This document shows positions 1 to 13,568 of a stretch of 64,000 nucleotides of DNA, piece after piece (within the stretch, counting starts at the first letter, position 1; each line of letters starts with the position of its first letter). The notes under the pieces were generated by a model. That model was not told the DNA's origin and searched no databases. It was given only the letters and a program-made list of their open reading frames with translations. Both the position numbers and the translations under genes were made by a program. Location of the stretch: contig OX597814.1 in assembly GCA_951406725.2 (NCBI GenBank), positions 79,670,001 through 79,734,000 of the forward strand, in the 5' to 3' direction. This DNA comes from Octopus vulgaris. Lineage: Eukaryota.

Positions 1-261
1 TATATCATATGTACGTTTTGAAAGAGCGAATACTTAAAACAATATATTGTATAATATATGAAGATGATTCATACTAATATATGTTACACAATCGTTACTC
101 TACTTTATGTTCAGTGCGGGCGTGGGTGCAATTTAAATGGTAGACGGATAACATTTTCACTTCTCAGAAAATTCCTCATTTATTCATACGCTAAGCTAAT
201 GCATTCATTCATTCATTCATTCAGTCATCCATCCATTTATACATACATACATACATACATG

Positions 262-405
262 CGATTTACTCAGGTTTAAAATGTGACATTGTTTTTGTTA
301 TCTACCTTCCAACGATGGAGCTTTGCATGTTTGTTAGAAACCAGCTTCTCCTTCAAAGGAAGAATTTAAATAATTAAAAACAGAGAACATATATATAAAC
401 ATTCA
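262..405 (+). mobile_element. Putative 3' UTR of the (ACAT)n-associated R4-like family
   Basis: Motif gttagaaaccagct followed by aagaatttaaataa and a cata-rich end; same layout at 52450-52560 (gttagaaaccggct) and at the end of the 21850-22230 fragment. Confidence 0.45.
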
Positions 406-419
406 TACATAGACGTACA

Positions 420-1310
420 AACTCGCAAGCTGCTCGGTATTACTAGAAACTTCAACATCAATAGAAAATTAGACAGGCTATATCTCCCATGCAAGGATGG
501 CGACAGTGGTCTTAAATCTGTATTAATATCATTTGAAGCAGGTATCATGACACTGAAGCAATATCTGCAGCAAAGGAAAGAGACCAGTAAATATCTTGGC
601 CAAGATTTCGAGCAGGAAATCGGCAGCATAATTAGGAGAGCTAGTGAACTTAAGGAGAGGCATGAAATATGAACTGATGCAGATCTTTCCCTAAGGATAA
701 TTGGTAAATTTTATTTATCAGAAGAACAAAATATAAAAATGGACAAATTCACTGAGAGTGTATTGCATGGATACTGGGTACGAAAGACGCAAGTCATAGA
801 AGGTATTGATGATATCAAAATCTTAGTATAGAGTGCCGACAATTTTATGACATCCCACTTTGAAGGTTACCTCCATGCAGTTTAAGACAAGAAATCACGT
901 CCAACTACTACCATCAAACACATTATTGCCAACTGCGAGAACATGTATTCTAGATATTACTTTTCAAAGAGGCATGATGCGGTGATGCGGTGACCAGAAT
1001 AATCTGGAACAGGATAAGATAAAAGAAAGTATTAACAGAGGAAGTTTTCTTTATTGAGACCGATTGTCAAAAGAATATTGGTGGAATATAAACATTAAAA
1101 CAGTTACTAAGTTAAACACAACCGGACAGATATTGCGATGTGGGACTACGAGAAAAATAGATGATTTGTTGTGGAAATAAGGTACCCACTGTGCACAAAT
1201 AGGGCCATATAAATACAGGGGTAAGAATAAAAATCTATGGGCCTACGCAAAAAATATTTATAGTTTTATAACTATTATTATTGGAGTAATAGGATTTGTA
1301 TTAACCCGCT
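420..1310 (+). pseudogene. Degraded R4/Dong-like (RLE) non-LTR retrotransposon fragment, RT thumb to endonuclease
   Basis: Manual translation across stops and frameshifts gives KLDRLYLPCKDGDSGLKSV (RLYLPR..GGRGL motif), MTSHFEGYLHAV, HIIANC...RHDAV and WWNINIKT...NR.DIAMWD. Confidence 0.8.
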
Positions 1311-1556
1311 CGGAAAAAATTATGGATTTTCACACACACACACGCACACACACACATACACACACACACACACACTCACACACACACACACACACACACA
1401 AACGTATGTAAGTATATGTGTGAGTATATTTGTCCTCTAGAAAACCAAAGTTGCATGGAGCCTAATGAAATTCTTACTAAAAGACATATGTAACCTCTAT
1501 GGAATTTGTTGAGCACTACTTTCTTTCATTTTTCCACTCTCTCATATATATATATG

Positions 1557-1627
<71 letters not shown>

Positions 1628-1649
1628 CTGTAGGTGCATTTTTTTAATG

Positions 1650-2530
1650 TGTGCAAATAACAAGGACAAATTAAATAAATAATTACCAGAGTAGCAAAAA
1701 TTCACATAAGTGCCAAGAATATCACAGCCTACTTATAAAGGTAGAAATTCCATGGTCAAGTGAAATGTTTTTGAATAACATGGTTAAATTAAGAAAAGTA
1801 GTCAAACGCAGGTGTTATTCAAATCATTTATATTTCCAGCATATGTTTCGAAGAAAGCATTGAGATTAATCCGGAGGGAATAAAAATGATGTAAAATAAT
1901 GCAATAATCTCGTCAGGGAAAGAATGGAACAAAATACATCAATAAACCATTTTAACTGAATGAGATTACCGTGTATATGATAAAGGGGAACGCTAGCAAG
2001 TTATTTTTTAAAAAACAGTTTATAGATTTAACGTCAAAGGTACTTTAGAGAAAGGCAAGGAGGAAAAAGAAATTAAGAGAAAATTAGGAGTGGAAACATA
2101 TAGTGTGATAGATGAATGGGAATAAAGCTTAAAAGTGTGGAAATAGATATATATATAGTGGAAATGAAATGTAAGAAGAATGTGTTCTCAAGGAAAAAAT
2201 TCAATAAAAATCCAAAGTGTAAAAATAAGCAAGAAAATGAAAATATAAAAATAAAAAACCATTACCTATGTACTAATTAGTTTCACTTGTTAATATTTAC
2301 GTATATGGACACGTAAACATCTGCAAGATCTTCAGCATAGTCTGTCGTTTACAAAACACAATTTCCAGAATTAGATACAGAACGCTCAACCGAAATCCAG
2401 TATGTATAAAGTCATACAAATTACATTTATGTGTATCTTTCAAATGCCTTCCCTTTGGCGCCCTGAAGTCCGAAATTACTCTGCAGTTAATAAATTACAG
2501 CAGTCAATTTACCGGTTAGAGAACATTTTT
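1650..2530 (-). mobile_element. Degraded Penelope-like element 3' region
   Basis: Minus strand near 2525 reads CSLTGKLTAVIY, like the CPL.G.C...VIY start of PLE GIY-YIG domains; hammerhead-like motif downstream at 1833-1921; lies between (TA)n tracts. Confidence 0.5.
1833..1921 (-). ncRNA. Degenerate type I hammerhead-like motif
   Basis: TTTCC-CTGACGA-long stem II-GAAAC-ATAT-GCT-GGAAA; stem I TTTCC/GGAAA pairs; cleavage triplet is GCT rather than NUH, so probably inactive. Confidence 0.6.
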
Positions 2531-2765
2531 TATAGAAAATTAAATAAGGGTAGAAATTGATATTAATCAATTAAAACCAGTGGCCTAGCATATTTTTAAA
2601 AAATCCGAAGATTAAATTTTTTTTACATACAAAATTTAGAGGACTGACCACTAAAAGTGGACAGCCTATATGCTTGATATAGACATCAAAATCGCCATTT
2701 TCCACGAAGAATGCGTTCTCAAGGAAAAGTTCAGCAAAAACTAAGCTGTAAAAATAATGTATAAT

Positions 2766-2818
<53 letters not shown>

Positions 2819-2843
2819 CATACATACGTACATACATACATAC

Positions 2844-2899
<56 letters not shown>

Positions 2900-2943
2900 G
2901 TACCTAGGTTTTCGAACACCTCTCATCACGAAGAAATCGTGCT

Positions 2944-3076
<133 letters not shown>

Positions 3077-3653
3077 CACAAATCACGATTTCTTCCTGTG
3101 TGTGTATATATGTATGTATGTATATACGCCCTTATAAATTTACATGTATGGATATATTAATAGTATCAATGACCACAGAAATTTTGAATGCATATCACAT
3201 CGTAAACTTACATAAAGGACATTATTTAATAAAGCTTTCGATATTGTCACAGTAAAATGCCAATATTACATAAGCTATTAAGTTGTACATATATCTGTCA
3301 TATAGAACCCGAATAAGACTTAACAGGAACCAGAACAAGCGTTTGCCTGAAACAATCTCCGTCTTGGAATGATTCCAAAATTCGAGTGAATAATACAGCC
3401 CAAAACAAAGCCTTAATAATTTATTCAATTTTGCTCTCTGCAATTAAAGTATAGCGAAGAAAAACTTGACTATGTTATTTAGTATATTTGTTTATGTTTA
3501 TTCATACCCGCTGACTTCTTTTCTGTGTGTTTGCTGTGTGTCAGTGTGCGTGTGTTGGATAGATATATAATCAATCGCATTCGCTTCGGTCACTGCAGTA
3601 AGAGACTGATAATGCCATGGAGACGGGGTTATGGTCTGCCCGCGCGCGCGCGC

Positions 3654-3692
<39 letters not shown>

Positions 3693-3834
3693 AGTGAGTG
3701 AGTGAGTGTGTGTGTGTGTATTCAACTGGAGTATAAACTTTCAATTATGCATACCTATGTGTAAAGGCATACAGAAGATACGTACCCAAGTATATCCTAT
3801 ACATATTTTGGAAGACGTACACACAGACATATGC

Positions 3835-3884
<50 letters not shown>

Positions 3885-5749
3885 GTATACATGTATATAT
3901 ATATGCATATATACATGTATATATATATATTTACATATATTTATATATATATATATATATATATACATACATACCTACATATATACATATATATTACATA
4001 TGCATATACATTTATACATGTACATATATACATACAGATTTATATATCTATGTATACGTGCATACACGAATGTACAAATGTAAGTATTTATGTGTGTTTC
4101 TGTGTATATCTTTGCGTTCGCAGGTGAATGTGACTGAGAAGATAAGAGATTACTTGTGAGTACGTATATCTATATGAATATGGATAAACGAATATAATGC
4201 TGAAAATATATGCCTGGGCGTGCGCGAGTGTGTGTGTGTTTGCGTGTGTGTGTGTATGCGTGTGTGAATTTGTTTGTATATCTATCTGGATATCTTCCTT
4301 CGTCCTGAAGTACAAGTCAGACTCCATCACGTAACAAATTACCCTATACTTCAGATCAAATTATTATTTAGCATTCTAATGAAGTGACAATACGATCGGA
4401 ACAGATCAATTCATGAAGTGCATGCCATCGAGTGTGAGCTTTGTCTACTTTACACTGTTTAAAAATAGCAGTTGTTAATACGTGACTTAATATTTTATAG
4501 GTTTTTTTCTCTAGTGCTATGTTGAACTCATTGTATATATTTTTGTGCGACAAATCTCTTTGTTTTACCCAATGACTAATTGATTCGATTATCTGTGATT
4601 TACTAAACAATTTCCATTGAATAAACTCTCCATACGTTCCAAATTAATCGAGTTAGTCTCGACTTACACCATACAAAAAAATTGAAGCAAAATTTATTTA
4701 ATTTTCGGAAATATACTGTCCATCAATTTCCTGCCTCTGTGGAGTTGTTCCAGATTAGACGCATGTTCTAAGAGTGAAACATTTTGCGAATTTCTCTTCC
4801 GTGTTTTGAGATTTTTGATACATTTTATGGTTACTTATCCATAAATATTATAAATATGTGAAATATCAGCTAAATCTACATCTTTGTCGCAAGTTAAGAT
4901 CTTTTACCATTGGCAGACTGGCTCTTGCATATTCCTGATATATACAGTTAGAAGTATGGAACTAATTTTTAGTGCCAAATTGGATTCGAACTGTTGATCA
5001 TTATGTTGATATTCCAATATCCTCCCTACTCGGCCATTTCACTTTCACATGGATATTACAAAGGTGTATTCTCTGGAGCTTACAATATTGTTTGGTGAAA
5101 TTAGGATCTAAGCACTTCTGGTTGATATTAAGTTTACGTTAGAAAATAAGCAGCCATGTCTTCCTACATTGAGATTTGACAAGAATAGTTGTTTAAAATG
5201 CTCTCCAGATGGTAATACGAATGAAAAATAGAATATTTCCATTCATGTAATTTCAGGAGCTTTGAGTCGCGGTGTTCTTTATTTTCATGGAAAGCAAAAA
5301 AATATTGCCTCACTATTTGACGAATTCTTTAGAAATTAAATTGGTTTTTTTTTCCAATAGTATTCACTTGTAGGCTATCCATCAATTTTGTAATAAGATT
5401 TACTTCAATATTGTCGTTGATTGAACGATATAACTTCAGCTTTTTTGCGCAACTAATTATATGTGATGAATAGCTGAAACCCTTAGTGTTGATTATCTCA
5501 ATGTAAAAGTTGCTGTGAAGTATATCTGCGAAAAGAAGTCATTGTAAAATAAAATTAATTTCTCCCGATTTTGTACGATACCAACTTTCTTCTAGTTGAT
5601 TGTATCAAACACAGAAAATTACTGGTTTAAAGTGCAGAATAGATGACGACGTTAATTGGTATCGCACACCATCAACTGAAGCGTCAGATCTATAGATCGT
5701 ACAGACATAATTTTGTATTTTCTATTGCCAAGGCATTTACCTTTCAAAG

Positions 5750-6002
5750 TGTTGTATCCTTGATGTCGGATTACTATAACGTCCACTTCGGTATAGCAGT
5801 ATAGTTGTCAGACCAGTAAAGACACGACTATCTAAGAACGTCTACTTCGTACTCTCTTTCCTACACTGACTGAAGTCACCTATTTATAGTGGCTAGCACA
5901 GATCACTCGTCACGTGGGAGGAGTGTGCCATTATTAATATTATCCCCGCGATATCTCCCCTTTTACTTAGGAAGTGTCATTTTAGCAATACTTTTTATAT
6001 CA
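5750..6002 (-). mobile_element. 3' LTR of Gypsy element
   Basis: Minus strand starts TGATATA directly after polypurine tract AAAAACGGGAGGTGGGG (6003-6019), contains TATAAATA (about 5881-5888) and ends ATACAACA. Confidence 0.65.
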
Positions 6003-6199
6003 CCCCACCTCCCGTTTTTGAGTTTTTTTTCTTAGTTACCCATTTAATATTTTTCCGTTTGGCATCCACTTCTAGGAACTCCATACACTTTTTATTTCTG
6101 ATGCTTGTGCGCCTGAGTTCAATCACCTGTAGTGGCGTTGGTACTTGAAAAGTATCATATAACCGTCCCATTTATTCTTCGATTCTCTTGGGTTAGCTC

Positions 6200-7050
6200 T
6201 CAACAAATCTATTCAGTTGCTTCATGTGTCTCTTGTATACACTTTCTCTACTTTTTACTAAGTATAGTATTTTTCCTATGCGTTTGGTACTTACGTCATC
6301 TTCCCAACTCTGTTTTCCATTCTCACAAATACCTTTTCACCAATTTTGAAAAATCTTCCTGTATTTTTCCTTGCAACTTTTCTTTTCTTGCCAAGTAGCA
6401 ATTTTCGAAGACTTATTTTACTTTCTTCGCAAACATCAGCTCCGCTGGCGACATACCTACTGGTGTATTTGGATGTGGTATCACAGAGTATACTCTAAAG
6501 TATTGTTGTTGAACTACCTCATCCGTGACTTCCTTATTTGACTTTCCAGGGGCTCTCTTGAACGTATCGACAAAGTGTTTTGCTTGTCCGTTAGATCTGG
6601 GATGGTATGGCGCCGTAGTTACATGTTCTATAGCGAACGTTTTACAGAACTTTTTAAATTCAAAAGACACAAATTGCGTTCCATTGTCTGATACTACCGT
6701 GTCTGGGATGCCAAATCTCGCAAACAACTCATTTAAAAAATTTGTCACAGTTCAGGAGGCTGGTTTTTACGCTTTCAAATTTCTGGCCATTTTGAGAACT
6801 ATCCACTACCACTAAGTAGTAAGAACAGTTTAAAGGACCAGCAAAATCGATGTTTAATCTAGACCACAGAACATCTATTTTTTGTGAAGGTTCACTTTTT
6901 ATCGTGGGTAGTTTTGCCACTAGAGTACATCTACAGCCTTTCACTAAATTTTCGATTTCTCTATCCACTTTTGGTCAGTACACGTAGCTACGCATTAAAG
7001 CTTTCATCCTCGAAATACCAATATATCCGACATGAAATTCTCTTAACATT
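6200..7050 (-). pseudogene. Gypsy (Mag/K02A2.6-like) integrase, frameshifted
   Basis: ORFs 6729-6968 (WSRLNIDFAGP..YYLVVVDS) and 6413-6748 (FGIPDTVVSDNGTQF...TTAPYHPRSNGQA...SPAELMF). Confidence 0.92.
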
Positions 7051-7229
7051 TTCTTTTGTAGTGTTTCAGGTTTCACTACTCTGTACATACATCAGTACGC
7101 CAACACAAATTGAATTTCGTTTCGCACCAATCGTGTTGCTATTTTCTTTACCTGACCATTTCGCTTTATGTCTTCTAGGGTTACCGGTAATTCGCGTTCT
7201 ACATGCCGCGTTATATTTTTTTTATTTCT

Positions 7230-7925
7230 CCTCCTGCTCTTAAAGCTGGAATTACCGTATCTTCGACTGGCTCGCAGTGTTTCGGTATCAGTCTAGACAA
7301 ACAATCCGCATTTCTTTTTACTGTAAATATTCCATTTTGTAGTCATAATTCAATAATGTAATGCCCCATCGCTGTTGAATATTTACCGTGTGTTGGTATT
7401 CATTTTTAGAACCGTATATAAACAGTAGTAGGCGATGATCCGTTTGTAGACAGAAACTTCTTCCATGAATAAATCTATGGAATTTTTTCACACCTAATAT
7501 GATTGCTAGCTCTTCTTTTTCTATCTGACTATAATTCCTTTCAGCTGGTAATAACGATCGTGATGCATGGGTTATAGCCTTTTTACGGCCATCGTCATAT
7601 TTGTGCTGAAGCACAACTCCTACATCGTAATCAAAGGCATCTGTAACCAATATAATATCCAGCTTTGGATCAAAATCCGTTGACGATAAGTCCGATGTTA
7701 AAATACTTTTTAACTCGTCAAATGCCTTCTGGCACTTAGTCCAACACCAATTTGTATTTCTCTTTAACAGATCCTTGAGCGGGGCCCTTACATTATGTAT
7801 ATTGGGAATGTAAATTTGATAATTTACCAAATCCAAGAATGCTTGTAGCATAGTCATATTATTCGTTGTGGGCATATTTTTTTATGGATCCGATTTTCGT
7901 CCGTTTTTATCTATTATCTGGCTCA
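7230..7925 (-). pseudogene. Gypsy RT-connection/RNase H, degraded
   Basis: ORF 7318-7875: LQAFLDLVNY, TDAFDYDVGVVL, ASRSLLPAERNYSQIEKEELAII.GVKKFH.FIHGR.F.LQTDH. Confidence 0.92.
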
Positions 7926-7968
7926 TAATTTTGTTGTGGGTTTCGTAATTCCTTGTGAGTTTGTTAAT

Positions 7969-7980
7969 TCCTCGTCGCCA
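7969..7980 (-). promoter_or_regulatory. Primer binding site of Gypsy element
   Basis: TGGCGACGAGGA preceded by ...CA-G, a typical tRNA-complementary PBS of Mag-like Gypsy elements. Confidence 0.7.
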
Positions 7981-8473
7981 CTGCGAATCTTCCGGGTATC
8001 ATGTCTTTGTCTAATTTCCCGTCCGTTAAGTTTTCGTCTACTTTCCCGTTTGCTCTGCTTCCGTCTAACTTCTTGTATTTTTTCTGTTCAACTCTTGATA
8101 CATACATATAGTGCAACGCACACCTTGTTTATGTACTTGATTGTAAAAAAATATTCCTTGACTATTCTTGCGCCACTCTTAACTGTATCTCTTCTCTTAC
8201 TCTATCTCCTTCCAGCTCTACTCTCACTCTATCTCTTTCTCCTCTCTCACTCTCTCTCTTCCCGCCATCGCTTGCTTCTCTTCCACCTTTGTTTTGTCTC
8301 TCTGTCTCTCGCTCTTTCCCTTTTACTCTATCTTTTTTGCACCACTACTCTTACTCTCTCTCTTTTTCCACTCTTATCCCCTTTTCCGCACTCGATTGCC
8401 TTCCTTGGCTACCACTTAACCAATATCCGGCGAAGGTGGTGTTATTCTTCTTCGCCCAACCTTTGACCTGAAT

Positions 8474-8488
8474 TAAAAGAAGCCCGTC

Positions 8489-8568
<80 letters not shown>

Positions 8569-8745
8569 GTATGTGTGTGTGTGTATATGTTTGTGTCAGT
8601 GTTTGTGCCCCCAACAATGCTGGTCTGTTTACGTCCCCGTAACTTAGCGGTTCGGCAAAATAATAAGTCCGGGGTCAATTTGCTCGACCAAAGGCAGTGC
8701 TCCAACATGGCCACAGTCAAATGACTGAAACAAGTAAAAGAAAAA
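8474..8745 (+). mobile_element. SINE family A, 3' part with internal (TA)n
   Basis: aaagaagcccgtcg(ta)n...gtttacgtccccgtaacttagcggttcggcaaaa...gctcgac...catggccacagtcaaatgactgaaacaagtaaaaga, shared with copies at 11416, 14050 and 58843. Confidence 0.8.
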
Positions 8746-8764
8746 GAAAGAGAAAAAAGAAAGA

Positions 8765-8807
<43 letters not shown>

Positions 8808-9317
8808 TAGAAACAACTTTGGCGAGAGACATACAGTAATTGTACTGGATAGTAATTTTTATATGCCAACAGAATGTGACAGTCCGATAAAGGACGATGT
8901 TACTGTTGTTTTAAACACAGCAAAACATATTTTCCAGTTGGCTCTCGACACACAGTTTGTGTCCGTATAACATTTGCAAGGGAGGTCATCGCTCCCATCT
9001 CTAGCTTTATGTGATACCCACATACCTAGGTTTATGGATGCTATCCGTCCTCAGCGTGAGACAACCACAAGCTAGTGTCGAAAGCTTTCTTCACTTGCAA
9101 ATGCTATATGTTTTTTAAGCGACACACAGTCGCTGATCTCGTATAGAGAAAAACAACTTGTTTTAAATCTCTGAGCAAAATATCAACAGTAACAGTACCG
9201 GATAGTAATGTTTATATGCAACAGAATATGGCAATCCTATCAAGAACGATGTAACTGTTGTTTCAACCCCAGGAAAACACACACACACACATATATGCAT
9301 GTATGTATGTATGTTTG

Positions 9318-9382
<65 letters not shown>

Positions 9383-9574
9383 GCGGACCAGAGTCATCAT
9401 AAAAGAAAATTGAGTATAATCTGGAGACATAATGTGCTTGTGTATTCGTGAGCATAGACAACGCACACACACATGCGCGCGTGCGCATATGTATGTATGT
9501 ATGTAGTCGCCAAAAATCCATAAGCAAGAAAAAACACACTCATACATTGATTAACAGAACGGGTATGTTACTAT

Positions 9575-9795
9575 TCATAATTTTTTCTACGATAGGAACA
9601 AGGTTAGAAATTTGGGGGAGGAGGATATTCGATTACATCGACCCCAGTACTCAGCTGGTACTTATTTTATCGACCATGAAAGGATGAAACGCAAAGTCTA
9701 GCTCGGCGAAATTTGAACTTAGAAAGTAAGGATGGACGAAAAGCCGCTGAGCATTTTGCTCCGGCGTGCTAACGATTCTGCCAGCTTGCCGCCTT
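9575..9795 (-). mobile_element. SINE family B (tRNA-derived; central ttcatccttt..gtcgataaaataagtaccag domain, Meta-domain-like)
   Basis: Minus strand ggcggcaagctggcagaatcgttagcacgcc...gttcaaatttcgccgag...; nine or more related copies in the window. Confidence 0.8.
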
Positions 9796-11415
9796 ATGTC
9801 ACTATTCATAATAACATACAATGCTATATTCTCTTATCAGCCACAGAAATCTGAAAGGAATTGCATGGTGTAGGTTCTTTGCTACCAAGTTTGCTTCAAT
9901 TTTTTTTATATGGTGTAAGTCGAGACTAACTCGATTAATTTGGAACGTATGGCGAGTTCATTCAATGGAAATTAAGACAACAATTAAGACAACATCTGAC
10001 CACCAAGGGATGGAGTATTTTTAACTATAGAATGGCGTTGGGACTGGAGTGGGGCTGGTTGTGATAGCGATGCTGGTAGAATGAGAGGTGGTGGAGGATA
10101 ACTAATTTTAGTACCATATATGGTCGTAAATACATACGTATATGTGTTTGTGTGCGCGCGACTAAATATATGTACATATGCATATTTATATATAATTATA
10201 AATGCAAAACATAACACACATTAATAGGAGTAGACATTGTTTTTGTAATACCAGAATTGATTAAAAAGGAAACAAATAACAATATAAAGCAAGTAAATAG
10301 ATTCTAGCTTAATGAAACCGATGTATCCTCAGGAAGATTCTTCACTAAAATTATTGGCAAAAGATTAATTTTATGAAATTCATAAAATAAGATGTTATTC
10401 AACGAGAAGTGAATTCTAAATTGGGCAGGACATTCATTGTAAGGTTGGCTGACATAGACCACCATTAAGTTTCTTGAAGTCCCATTCTTGAGTCTCATGC
10501 AATTTATGATTGACATAACTATCATTATATTTATTCTTATTTTCTCATGTTTTGTTCAATTTTGTATTGGTGTCAGTTATTCGAGATGTTGAGAAGGGTA
10601 TAGTTTTCAAAGTTAGTGCTTTGGCAGCGGATCTTCTCGTTAATACAGTGTTAGACCTTATTTGGTTTCATACTAATTAAGAATGGGTTAAGAGGTAACT
10701 CTTTGAAAGGTGTCCAAACTCAAAGAAGCAAGCATCTAGTCTGTTATATATACTCAACAATTCCAGTAACTACAGGGAACTGGGACTGCTAGTTTACATA
10801 CTGTAAATTTTAACACTTTATTTAATAATAGAGCCTGTCAACAGAGACCTCAGTCGACACACTGTATATGTACCTCATGTAGTAGATTCTATAAACAGGG
10901 TAAATTTGACTAATTTCTTCATAGACTGATGTGCACATACATACGTGAATGCGTGTGCGTGTGTGTGTGTTGTGTGTATGAAGATGACAGTAGTTGTGAG
11001 TATGTATACGTGTGAGTATGTGTGTATATGTATTTGTATTAAATACATCGTTCATAATTCACATAAACATAAAACCACGAAACATACGCATAAATATACA
11101 CGTATGCACTCACCATGTACTCAATTTCTCATAAGTTTCGCTTCGAAAGTTCTATTCGAAACTCTCTCCTAACAAATGTATATTATAAAGAAAAAGCTAT
11201 TCCTAATATGAATTGTAGAAGTAATATGATATATTAAATTCGGAATTGATCCAAGCATATAACAATGCCGGTAGAGATGTACACGAAGAAGCATCACATG
11301 GATAGGTTTTCACTTCTCTTGTTCACGTGTATCCATTCGTATCAAATGACAAAGCACGGAATGACAGCGAAATATTTATTCAAAGTCTAATGCGGTTAGC
11401 AAAATTTTGAAATAA

Positions 11416-11731
11416 AGTAGTTTGCTTACCAACCACATGGTTCTGGATTCAGATCCCACTGCGTGGCATCTTGGGCAATTGCTTTCTAATATAGCCTCGG
11501 GCCGACTAAAGCCTTGTGAGTGGATTTGGTAGACGGAAACTTAAAGAAGCCCGTCATATATGTGTGTGCGTGTATGTTTGTTTGTTTGTGTTTGTCCCCC
11601 ACCCCATCACCGCTTGACAACCGATTTTGATGTGTTTACGTCCTCATAATTAGCGGTTCGGCAAAAGAGCCCGATAGAATAAGTACTAGGATTACAAAGA
11701 ATAAGTCCTGGGGTCGATTTGTTCGACTAAA
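11416..11731 (+). mobile_element. SINE family A with tRNA-like head
   Basis: Head tttgcttaccaaccacatggttctggattcagatccca (decayed B box), then gtgagtggatttggtagacggaaac and the shared body. Confidence 0.8.
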
Positions 11732-12237
11732 TAAAATATAGCTATGTGTGTGTGTAGGTATATCTATATGCATACATAATATATGCATATATATCTATAC
11801 GTACATACACACATACAGATTCACACATACACTCTCTCTCTCTCACACCCACACACAGACACTCATACACACAAAAACATATCACTCCACCACACTAATA
11901 TTTAAAGAAGTTGCATCACCGTTGAAAATCACACCCCACCCCTATTATCGCTTTCCACTCTGTCGCCATTGATTGATCGATGAGCGGAAGGCTAAGTACA
12001 TTGATTTAATGAGAAGTGTAGTTATATTTACATATATACCTCTTTAGTCTCCATAACGTGCTCCATCACTGTTCTAACTTCAGTTTTTTAATCTTCATTA
12101 TATATTTCTTTCTCGGGTGTATATTTAAAGAAAACTGATAGATGTATTATGTAGGGTGCTACAAGCATATATATACATATATATTCAGATATGAAATAGA
12201 AGCAACGCTAGCGTAATAAACATTGTTTATATATCTT

Positions 12238-12385
12238 TTATTTTATATCTTTGTTTCACTTATTTGACTGCTGCCATGCTGGGACAGCGCCTTAAAGGTT
12301 TTAAACGAACAAATCGACCCAAGTACATATTTTCGAACCCTGGTACTTATTTTATGGGTCACATTTGCTGAAGTGCTGAGTACCA
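12238..12385 (-). mobile_element. SINE family A, 3' fragment
   Basis: Reverse complement of the family A tail (gccatgctgggacagcgcc...aatcgaccc...ctggtacttat). Confidence 0.7.
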
Positions 12386-13167
12386 GCGGACGCGCGCACA
12401 TACACACACGCACACACACACAGATATATAGATAAATAGACAGATAGGTAGATAAAACATTAGAATAAAGGACAAAGCTACAAATCTATTGCTAAACATA
12501 CACAATGACAATAGGTTTAAATCGACTCATCTATTATTCTATTCCTATCATCCACTCTGAAGTTAAGAAAGGAGCTGCTGCATGGTTATTCTAACTGCTA
12601 GTAATTGCTGTTAGATCTCCTCAAATCACAGCTAAAATTCTTCACGAAAGTATATTTAGAATAATATCTTCCCGGATCCCCTGCTTAGAAGCAAATGACA
12701 TGTTGGTCACGGATGAAATGCTTCTGATAAAAGACTTGCTAGATGAGATATGACTTAGGACAAGACAATAATAACAATACGCCTCTCTCGTTCATAAAAA
12801 TATATACATATCGTATGTGGGTGTGTGGAGGTGTGTGTTTATACATATACATATGTTCACATATATATGTACACACATACATATATATATATATAGGTGT
12901 ATTGTACTATAGCCTCGGGCCGACCAAAGCTCTGTGAGTGGATTTGGTAGACAGAAGCTGAAAGAAGCCCGTCATATATATATATATATATATAAAAGGA
13001 TAAGATCGTTAATTTAAAAATAAAACAACGATTTTATCAAGTGGTCAGCATGGAAAAATAACCTTCAAAGGTAATAATTATCAGAATTATAAATTACGGT
13101 ATCTACGAGATACCACCATGCTGAAAATAGCAGCCATGATCTGCCATGATGGTTCTCCTCTGTGTGT

Positions 13168-13226
13168 ATTCTACTGACGAGTCAAAGCATTTCTAAATCC
13201 AAAGACAGAAATCCGGGATCTAGAAT
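13168..13226 (+). ncRNA. Type I hammerhead-like motif
   Basis: ATTCTA-CTGACGA-GTC..GAC-A-GAAA-TCCGGGA-TC-TAGAAT; 6-bp stem I, near-palindromic stem III, AUC cleavage triplet. Confidence 0.75.
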
Positions 13227-13353
13227 TATCCAGTCATTTTTTACTAGTTTCATCTTGTCTCATTGTTTTCTCTCCGTGTTGATATATGGACAATTATGGT
13301 GGTTTTAGAGTCAGATCATGGCTGCTATTTTCAGTATGGTGGTATCTCGTAGA

Positions 13354-13447
<94 letters not shown>

Positions 13448-13568
13448 TTAATAAGGGTGAGAGAATTAGATACTAATTTAATAGTATATTTATTCAACAC
13501 CAAGTGGCCTAGTGCTCCGAGAAACCTGGATTATTATAATATTTTATAACATATTATAATATTTTTAC

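Noticed and set aside
2304-2339. Minus-strand TATG-CTGAAGA-TCT-TGC-AGA-TGTTT-ACGT-GTC-CATA, hammerhead-like
   Set aside because: Stems fit but the essential GAAA is absent (TGTTT instead), so it was not counted
2899-2941. Minus-strand GTGATGAG..TTC-GAAAACCTAGGTA
   Set aside because: C3 is changed and there is no 3' strand for stem I; at most a truncated relic
4368-5700. Minus ORF 4368-4610 and neighbouring complex sequence as a possible gene remnant
   Set aside because: Only a vague resemblance to known domains, with many stops and no splice or motif support
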